From Archangium sp. (GTDB lineage: Bacteria > Myxococcota > Myxococcia > Myxococcales > Myxococcaceae): a stretch of 17,564 bases of DNA. Location: the NCBI GenBank assembly GCA_031367385.1, contig JANLPS010000211.1:1-17564 (forward strand). The letters run 5' to 3'. This document shows positions 6,566 through 12,757 of the stretch, one piece after another; within the stretch, counting starts at the first letter, position 1, and every line of letters starts with the position of its first letter. Both the position numbers and the translations under genes were made by a program. The notes beneath the pieces were generated by a model. It was not told the origin of the DNA. It made no database searches and saw nothing but the letters and a program-made list of their open reading frames with translations.

Positions 6566-8689
6566 ATGCAACGCACTGCTCACCCCAGTTCACAGAGCGC
6601 CTCGTCGACTTCTGAGCTCGCTGACGACCGACGCAAGGCACTGGTGCTGGTGGTCGACCCTGATGCGAGCGCCCGCTCGGTGCTCGAAGTCGTGTTGGTG
6701 CGTGACGGGTTCGATGTTTGGAGCACCGGCAGCGGTTCGCAAGGTCTGGCATTGATGAAGAGCGGTCGAACGCCTGACGTGATCGTTCTCGAGTCTGATT
6801 TGGGTGGTGAAGACGGGTTCTCATTCGTCTCGCAAGTTCGCGGAGACGCCAAGACGGCCGCGGTACCGGTGCTGCTGCTGGCCCGCCAAGACGATGAGAA
6901 CGTCGCCAACATGGCCGAGGTCGTCGGGGTTGACGACTTCGTTCAGAAGCCCGCGTTCGCACGAGACATTTCGGCGTTGGTTCGCCTCGAGCTGGCCAAG
7001 GTTCAGGGCACCGGCGAGATCAAGTTTCAAGCGGGGCAACTGAACCCTGCGCACCTGCTGCGCGCGCTGCTCTCGTGCCCCCGCTCAGGTCGGCTGGTGC
7101 TCGCCGAGGGCCGCGCCAGCATCGAATTTCACCAAGGGCAGGTGGTTGACGCCCGTTTTGGCAAGGTGTGGGGCATCAACGCTTTGGTTCGCGCCCTGGT
7201 GCTGACGAGCGGCGAGTGGTTGCTGGTGCTCGGCTCGGTGGCGCAGGGCAACGTCTTTCAGTGCAGCCTTCGCGAGCTGGTGCAGGTGGTGCTGCCCCGC
7301 GTTCACGCGTGGGAGCATGTGCTTTTGCGCAGCGTGCCGATCGATGCGCGCCTCGCGGTCGACTTCTTTCGGCTCTCGAAGTCGCTCGCGTCGATGCCTG
7401 CCGACGTCAATCGCATCGTTCAGCTCTTCGACGGCCAGCGTACGGTTCGCCAGGTGCTGCTCGACAGCGACTTTGATGAATCGATGACGCTGGAGGTAGC
7501 GACCCGGCTGTATTTGATGGGCATCGTGCTGCCGGCGAAGGGTGGGCACTCAGAGGTGCAGATGACCGCGCCTCGGCTGTTCGAGCCCCAGACTGAAGCG
7601 CCGCGGAGTGATTCGGGTGAGTGGTACCAAGTCACGCTCGACGGTTCGTCGCAGCCGCAAGCCGCTGGAGTCGATGAGAACGATGGCGGGTGGACGGCGA
7701 CGGCGCTCGGTGACACGCGCCTGGCCGAGATGGCTCCCGACGTGGCGAAGCAGATTGAGGCGTTCAACATTCGCATCGAGGTCGAGCCCCGTGAGGTGAA
7801 GCGACCGCAGCGCCCGCTGAAGTCGCTGGCGAAGGGCGCTGACCCGGTGGTGATGGTCGAGCTGCCCGTGGTTGCCCCCAAGGTGACCGCGGCTCCGATG
7901 ATCGAGCTCGGTGAAGAGCCGCAGACGCCGGTCGTGCCGATGGCGCGGCACTTCGATCGCCAGGAGCGGATCGTGACGCCGACGCTGACTCCGGCGATTT
8001 CAGATGCCGACATGCTCGAGGCGAGCTTCTTCGCCAATGCCGATTCGTCAGCCACGCGAATTGGGGCCCGGCCCGCGACGGTCGAGCTGACGCTGGCGGC
8101 GGCGGCCCGGGCTGATGTCGGCGAGGGTTCTGATGCACCCGTCGAGAGCCGCTCGTTGCCGATCGGGTTGTTCGTGCTCGGCGGTCTGTCGGTTTTGATT
8201 CTCGCGGTGGGGTTTGAGTTCTTGATGAAGCCCGTCGCCGTGGCTGCGGAGCCGGTGGTTGCGGTCGCCCCGGTGGTGGCGGCGGTGGCTCCGGTCATCG
8301 TGCCCGACATTGAAGAGCCCGAGTTCTATGAAGACGTGCCGGCGACGGTGATCGACGTGCAGGGGCCGCTCACCGAGGCGCGCCGCATGTACGAGCAAGG
8401 GCAGTACAAGGAGTCGATCTCGATGCTCGAGCAAATCATCTCTGATGAGCCCAACTCGGTCGAGGCGTGGGTGTTGATGGGCAAGGCCCGCTTCGATGCC
8501 AACGACTCGAAGGGCGCGCGCGAGGCGGCCGACAAGGTGCTGGCGCTCGACCCGAGCAATGCGGGCGTGCAGATGTTGCTGGCCAGCTTCGGTGACAAGG
8601 CCAGCGCGAAGGCGGCGCTGCAGAAGTATCTCGAGCTTGCGCCGACGGGGCCGTACGCCGAAGAGGCAAAGGCGCTGCTGGCCCGCTGA
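6566..8689 (+). CDS. Atypical response regulator: pseudo-REC + DUF4388/PatA_N-like domain + linker + TM helix + TPR
   Basis: REC fold (LVLVVDPD...PDVIVLE...DDFVQKP), then a DUF4388-like segment (RSGRLVL...IEFHQGQVVDA). A TM helix (IGLFVLGGLSVLILAVGF) precedes C-terminal TPR helices (EAWVLMGKA, YLELAPTGPYAEEAKALL). ATG 6566 has GAAAGG 7 nt upstream. Confidence 0.85.
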   Translation: MQRTAHPSSQSASSTSELADDRRKALVLVVDPDASARSVLEVVLVRDGFDVWSTGSGSQGLALMKSGRTPDVIVLESDLGGEDGFSFVSQVRGDAKTAAVPVLLLARQDDENVANMAEVVGVDDFVQKPAFARDISALVRLELAKVQGTGEIKFQAGQLNPAHLLRALLSCPRSGRLVLAEGRASIEFHQGQVVDARFGKVWGINALVRALVLTSGEWLLVLGSVAQGNVFQCSLRELVQVVLPRVHAWEHVLLRSVPIDARLAVDFFRLSKSLASMPADVNRIVQLFDGQRTVRQVLLDSDFDESMTLEVATRLYLMGIVLPAKGGHSEVQMTAPRLFEPQTEAPRSDSGEWYQVTLDGSSQPQAAGVDENDGGWTATALGDTRLAEMAPDVAKQIEAFNIRIEVEPREVKRPQRPLKSLAKGADPVVMVELPVVAPKVTAAPMIELGEEPQTPVVPMARHFDRQERIVTPTLTPAISDADMLEASFFANADSSATRIGARPATVELTLAAAARADVGEGSDAPVESRSLPIGLFVLGGLSVLILAVGFEFLMKPVAVAAEPVVAVAPVVAAVAPVIVPDIEEPEFYEDVPATVIDVQGPLTEARRMYEQGQYKESISMLEQIISDEPNSVEAWVLMGKARFDANDSKGAREAADKVLALDPSNAGVQMLLASFGDKASAKAALQKYLELAPTGPYAEEAKALLAR

Positions 8690-8696
8690 TCTCACT

Positions 8697-9239
8697 GTGA
8701 AGCGCTCTGGTTGGCTCGGTCTTGCTTTGGTCTGGGCCGCCTGCGCGAAGCAAGACCCCGCGCACCCCCAGCTCGTGAATGATGGTGCGTACGAGCTCAC
8801 CGTGCCGGCCGGTTGGAGCGCGGTCGAGTCGCGACACGCCACGTTTCAATCAGTGACGCTCACGCCGAAAGGCGATGATGGGCTGTGCACATTCACGTTT
8901 ACGCCGGGTTCGGGCCCGTTTCAGCCCGAGCAATTTGCACGCAACCTGGTGCAAGGGTCGATGAAGGGCGCTGGCGCCACGACTTCGGTGCCCATGGTGC
9001 TGCAGACCGGGTTCGGCCTGTTCTCGGGAGCCCATTTCGAGGGCAAGGCGCCGGCGAGTGGGCTTGGCGGGGCATTGGCTGCGTTCGCTGGCCCAGTGAC
9101 GACCGAGACGTTCGGTGGCGTCGAGGGGGAGACGTACGTTGGGGTTTCGATCTCGACGTTTGCTGTCTCGGACCATCAGTTGCAGGTCAGAGCGAGCTGC
9201 GAAGGCGTCGCCCGGTCGCTGCGGCTGGCTTCGAAGTAA
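8697..9239 (+). CDS. Putative lipoprotein, possibly PsbP/DcrB-like fold
   Basis: GTG 7 nt after the upstream stop gives MKRSGWLGLALVWAA-C, a lipobox-like signal. YELTVPAGW resembles the PsbP/Mog1/DcrB N-terminal motif; the fold is an inference. Confidence 0.75.
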   Translation: MKRSGWLGLALVWAACAKQDPAHPQLVNDGAYELTVPAGWSAVESRHATFQSVTLTPKGDDGLCTFTFTPGSGPFQPEQFARNLVQGSMKGAGATTSVPMVLQTGFGLFSGAHFEGKAPASGLGGALAAFAGPVTTETFGGVEGETYVGVSISTFAVSDHQLQVRASCEGVARSLRLASK

Positions 9240-9590
9240 ACGAGGCAAGGCTCGGAGCCAGCGATGGCCCGACGAAGTTGTGCACTGAGGTATGCGCCGA
9301 CGATTTCGAAATGATTTTGCGGGTTGGAAAGTGCGATTGGCGCGGGGAAGTTGTGCACTTAGGTGTGCTCCGGCGATTTCGAAATGATGTTTCGGGCCGA
9401 AAAGAGCGATCGGCGCGGGGAAATCGCGTTTGCGAGGGCGTCTGATCGATTTCGAAATGATTTTGCGGGTCGAAAAGTGCGATCTGCGCGGGAAATCGAG
9501 CGGCCGAGGGCCTGCGAACGATTTCGAAATGACTTTGCGGTTGGAAATGTGCGGTCGGCGCGGAGAATCGGGTCCGCGACGGTGGCACGA
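9226..9590. repeat. Non-coding tandem array of 72-73 bp units (52-53 nt conserved part + 20-nt variable insert)
   Basis: Invariant CGATTTCGAAATGA at 9301, 9374, 9447 and 9519 (periods 73, 73, 72). A degenerate preceding unit spans about 9226-9300. Confidence 0.92.
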
Positions 9591-9608
9591 CCTCGGGCGT
9601 CAAGGCGG

Positions 9609-9639
9609 GGTCCTTCGACGTCGCCCAGGACGAACGGGG
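9609..9639. repeat. REP-like short imperfect hairpin, copy 2
   Basis: GGTCCTTCGACGTCGCCCAGGACGAACGGGG has a GTCCT/AGGAC stem and is homologous to 5320-5349. Confidence 0.65.
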
Positions 9640-9640
9640 T

Positions 9641-9660
9641 TGGTTGGCTCAACCATGTTT
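9641..9660 (+). terminator. Small hairpin, possible weak terminator upstream of the ruvC promoter
   Basis: TGGTTG-GCT-CAACCA forms a 6-bp stem followed by TGTTT. The short U-tract makes this a weak candidate. Confidence 0.25.
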
Positions 9661-9683
9661 CGACGGGTTCATCGGGCCCGCGG

Positions 9684-9694
9684 TATGTTCTCGT
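9684..9694 (+). promoter_or_regulatory. Putative -10 element of a leaderless ruvC transcript
   Basis: TATGTT (9684-9689) lies 5 nt before ATG 9695, with no Shine-Dalgarno sequence. Confidence 0.45.
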
Positions 9695-10264
9695 ATGCGC
9701 GTTCTTGGCATCGACCCTGGTTCTCGGTTTCTCGGCTACGGCCTGGTTGAGCTTCGCGCCAAGGAGCCCGTCTATGTGGGCCACGGCATCGTTCGCACCG
9801 ACGGCAGTGACCCGCTCGCGATGCGCCTGCATGTGATCTTCGAAGAGTTGAACCACGTCATCAACGTCTTCAAGCCCGACGTGGTCGCAGTCGAAGGCGT
9901 GTTCACGCACAAGAACGCGCGGAGCGCCCTGATTCTCGGCCATGCCCGCGGGGTTGCGCTGTTGATGGCGGCTCGCGCTGGGCTCCAGGTGTTTGAATAC
10001 GCACCTGCCCGGGTCAAGCGTTCGGTCGGAGCGGGTGGCAACGACAGCAAAGACTCCGTCGCGCGCATGGTGACCGTGTTGCTCAAGCTGAAGACAACCC
10101 TCGAACGCTCCGATGCGTACGACGCGTTGGCGGTAGCCTTGTGCCACGCGCACTCGATGCGATCTCCGGTGGCAACGGGGCGAGCCGGGGGTAAGCGCAG
10201 CGCGACCGACTTCGCATCGCGCCTGAGCCCGAGCTTCGTGCCTGCACGCCAGGTGGCGCCGTGA
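9695..10264 (+). CDS. ruvC: Holliday junction resolvase RuvC
   Basis: MRVLGIDPG (catalytic Asp), VAVEGVF (catalytic Glu), LGHARGV, EYAPARVKRSV and SDAYDALAVA (two Asp). The stop overlaps the ruvA start (GTGA). Confidence 0.97.
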   Translation: MRVLGIDPGSRFLGYGLVELRAKEPVYVGHGIVRTDGSDPLAMRLHVIFEELNHVINVFKPDVVAVEGVFTHKNARSALILGHARGVALLMAARAGLQVFEYAPARVKRSVGAGGNDSKDSVARMVTVLLKLKTTLERSDAYDALAVALCHAHSMRSPVATGRAGGKRSATDFASRLSPSFVPARQVAP

Positions 10265-10878
10265 TCGCATCGCTTCGCGGGGTGCTGGCCGAGAAGAGCG
10301 TCGCTGATGCCGTGGTCGATGTCGGAGGCGTCGGGTATCGGGTGAGCCTTTCGCTGCTCTCACTCGCGAAGTTGCCCGAGCTCAATGCCCAGGTCTCGCT
10401 GCGAATTCGCACCGTTGTTCGCGAAGATGCCTTCGACTTGTACGGGTTTCTGACCCGAACCGAAGAAGAGCTGTTTCTGCTGCTGACCTCGGTGAGTCAC
10501 GTGGGGCCCAAGATGGCCATCACCGTGCTCTCGGGGCTCGAAGTCGATGACCTGCTGGCCGCGCTCGCAAAGGGTGACGTGCCGCGGCTGACCAAGGTGC
10601 ATGGCGTCGGCAAAAAGACCGCCGAGCGGCTGGTGCTCGAGCTCAAAGACAAAGTGAAGTTGCTCTCGTCTGACGTCGAGCTCAAACCGGGCGTCTCGCG
10701 CGTGGGCAAATCGAGCGCGGCGCCCCGCAGCGACCTCGTCTCGGCGCTCGTCAACCTGGGCTACAAAGAAGCGCAGGCCGACAACGCGGCGCAGGTAGTG
10801 GCCGAGCGCGTGACGACCGACGCGGCCTTCGAGGTGCAGTTTCGCGAAGCACTCAAGGTGCTGCGGACGGGTTCGTAA
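10261..10878 (+). CDS. ruvA: Holliday junction branch migration protein RuvA
   Basis: MIASLRG, DVGGVGYRV and VREDAFDLYGF, HhH motifs VSHVGPKMA and VHGVGKKTAERLVLELKDK, and domain III ALVNLGY. Confidence 0.97.
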   Translation: MIASLRGVLAEKSVADAVVDVGGVGYRVSLSLLSLAKLPELNAQVSLRIRTVVREDAFDLYGFLTRTEEELFLLLTSVSHVGPKMAITVLSGLEVDDLLAALAKGDVPRLTKVHGVGKKTAERLVLELKDKVKLLSSDVELKPGVSRVGKSSAAPRSDLVSALVNLGYKEAQADNAAQVVAERVTTDAAFEVQFREALKVLRTGS

Positions 10879-11905
10879 CAGTCAGGCTCGGGAGCGTTTT
10901 CTCGAAGCCCGCCGAGAGCTCGGACAGGTGGTTCAGAACCACTCCGCCGTCTTCGGGAAAGAACGGCTGCACCGGCACCTCGGGGTACGCGTCGCTCATC
11001 GCCGGCGTGACCGTGCTTCGCGTCAGGGCGCTCTTGCTGAAGGTCAGGTTGAGCAACGCGGTGCGCTTGTCTTTGGGGTCCCAGTTGCCGCCGAAGACGA
11101 AGTTGCCCAAGGAGTACGCGATGGTCGCGCCTTTGTAGACCTCGATGCCCTGAAGCACATGTGGGTGCGAACCGATGACGGCCGACGCCCCGGAGTCGAC
11201 CGCGTGGTGGCCCAGCTCGCGTTGGTACGACTCGGTTTCACCGTGCGACTCACGGCCCCAGTGAAAGAAGACGATGACGTGATCGGCTTTACCCTTCGCG
11301 GCTTCGATGTCGGCGCTCAGCATCTCTTTCATCGCGGAGAGATCGCTGAAGTCACCAGCCACTCCGGGCGTCGTGGCAGTGGCGTAAACCTCTCGGGGCT
11401 CGATGTTGCGATCGCCGAGAAAAAAGTAGCCGACGAACGCGAAGCGAATGCCGTTCTTGGTGACGATGGCGGGTGCGCGGGCTTCAGCGAGGTTTCGGCC
11501 TGCTCCGAAGTGAGCGAGCCCGTGCATGTCGAGGGTTGAGAGGGTGTCGAAGAGCCCGGCCGCCTGAAAATCCATCATGTGGTTGTTGGCGAGGCTAACG
11601 ACGTCGACGCCGCCTGAGAGCAGCGCGGCCACCATCTGCGGGCGGGCCTTGAAATTGAAATTCTTGGCGATCTTGTCGGCGCTGGTGGTGAACGGGCACT
11701 CGAGGTTGACCACGAATAGATCAGCCCTTCGGGTGGCCTCGCGGGTCTTGGCGAAACCCCACACCGTGGCCTCGTCTGGGTCGACGCCTTTGGCGATCAA
11801 GGTTCGGGCGTATTCGTCGACGTGCGCGCCCAGTGTGACATCTCCGGCAAAGGTGATGGTTGCGGAGGGATCAGCGGCCAACACGATGAGTGCGAGGGAA
11901 AGCAT
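10853..11905 (-). CDS. CapA/PGA_cap family metallophosphoesterase-like protein, probably exported
   Basis: Motifs FAGDV, VNLECP, SLANNHMMD, FHWGRE, GSHPHVLQ and YSLGNFVF, with a hydrophobic N-terminus. The 3' end overlaps the convergent ruvA by 26 bp. Confidence 0.92.
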   Translation of the reverse strand: MLSLALIVLAADPSATITFAGDVTLGAHVDEYARTLIAKGVDPDEATVWGFAKTREATRRADLFVVNLECPFTTSADKIAKNFNFKARPQMVAALLSGGVDVVSLANNHMMDFQAAGLFDTLSTLDMHGLAHFGAGRNLAEARAPAIVTKNGIRFAFVGYFFLGDRNIEPREVYATATTPGVAGDFSDLSAMKEMLSADIEAAKGKADHVIVFFHWGRESHGETESYQRELGHHAVDSGASAVIGSHPHVLQGIEVYKGATIAYSLGNFVFGGNWDPKDKRTALLNLTFSKSALTRSTVTPAMSDAYPEVPVQPFFPEDGGVVLNHLSELSAGFEKTLPSLTVTNPSAAP

Positions 11906-11941
11906 GAGTGATTGGGTGCAGTTTTTGCTATTTCAGTCGGT

Positions 11942-12757
11942 ATGGCCCGCGAAAAGGACACCATTACCGCGTCCGACGAGCACAATGCGAGAGGCATTGA
12001 GCTGGCCGACCGCGGCTGGCTCGACGAGGCCATCAAAGAATTCAAGCGGGCCATCGAGCTCGATGGCAACTCTGCCCACGCGCACGACAACCTCGCCACG
12101 GTCTACGCCGAGCGAAAGCAATACCGCGAGGCGCTCGAAGAATACTTGATGGCACTGCGACTCGAGCCCGACAGTGCGACCGCGCACTACAACCTGGCCT
12201 GCTTTCTTTCGGCCCACGCCGACGACTTCGCGATCGGTGAGTACAAAGAGGCGATCTCGCTCGACCCCGAGTACCCCGATTCGCACTTGAACCTCGGCCT
12301 GACCTACGCCGACGCGGGCAGGCTCGAAGAGGCGATGAAAGAGCTTCAGACCGCGATTGAGATTGAGCCCGCCGACCCGTTTCCCCGGCATGAATTGGCT
12401 GCCCTGCAGATGGACGAGGGCGATTACCGGTCAGCGATTGGGCACTTGAAAGAGGTCACTCGGCTCGAGCCCGAGAACTTCGAGGCCTGGCTCGATTTGG
12501 GTATCTGCTACGCGCAGAAAGGGTTCTACGCCGAGGCCGAGCGGGCCTACGAGTCGGCCAAGAAGCTGCGCAGCGATGATCTGTTGCTCGTGTACAACCT
12601 CGGCGCGGTCTACGCGCTCTGGAGCCGCCCCGCCGACGCGCTGGATCATCTGCGACGCGCGGTGGCGATCGACCGGGAGAAAGTGTCGGGTTGGCTGGCG
12701 ACCGACCCGATGTTCGACTCGCTCAAAGGCCAGCCTGAGTACGAGGCGCTCTTCTAA
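11942..12757 (+). CDS. Multi-TPR repeat protein
   Basis: About seven 34-aa repeats (AHAHDNLA, ATAHYNLA, SHLNLGLTY, EAWLDLGICY, VYNLGAVY) and a C-terminal DPMFDSLKGQPEY cap. ATG 11942 preferred over TTG 11912. Confidence 0.92.
   Translation: MAREKDTITASDEHNARGIELADRGWLDEAIKEFKRAIELDGNSAHAHDNLATVYAERKQYREALEEYLMALRLEPDSATAHYNLACFLSAHADDFAIGEYKEAISLDPEYPDSHLNLGLTYADAGRLEEAMKELQTAIEIEPADPFPRHELAALQMDEGDYRSAIGHLKEVTRLEPENFEAWLDLGICYAQKGFYAEAERAYESAKKLRSDDLLLVYNLGAVYALWSRPADALDHLRRAVAIDREKVSGWLATDPMFDSLKGQPEYEALF

Noticed and set aside
8234..8310. Val/Ala/Pro-rich repeated codons (and the Pro-rich tracts near 1230-1530 and 4510-4650)
   Set aside because: These are ordinary low-complexity protein linkers, not DNA-level repeat elements.
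8496..8696. N-terminal extension of the lipoprotein ORF
   Set aside because: It overlaps the TPR-coding end of the upstream gene in another frame. GTG 8697 gives a proper lipoprotein signal.
9305..9321. Fur box-like reading of TTCGAAATGATTTTGCG
   Set aside because: The resemblance to AAATGATTTT-type boxes is partial, the right half varies between units, and no iron-related genes are adjacent.
9274..9590. Canonical CRISPR array
   Set aside because: The repeats are long (52-53 nt) and degenerate, the inserts are short and related to each other, and there is no AT-rich leader or cas gene in the window.
9301..9590. Tandem tRNA genes (73-nt period, TTCGAA motif)
   Set aside because: No GTTC T-arm with a 5-bp stem, and no recognisable D-arm, anticodon arm or acceptor/CCA arrangement.
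9176..9836. ORFs across the array (9176-9358, 9187-9603, 9363-9836, 9430-9750)
   Set aside because: The repeat peptides (DFEM, RFRND, HFEI) shift frame between units because the period is 73. These are by-products of a non-coding repeat.
9695..10264. RuvC as a Cas12/TnpB-like RNA-guided effector for the array
   Set aside because: It is a 189-aa canonical resolvase coupled to ruvA, with no zinc finger, WED/REC region or split RuvC architecture.
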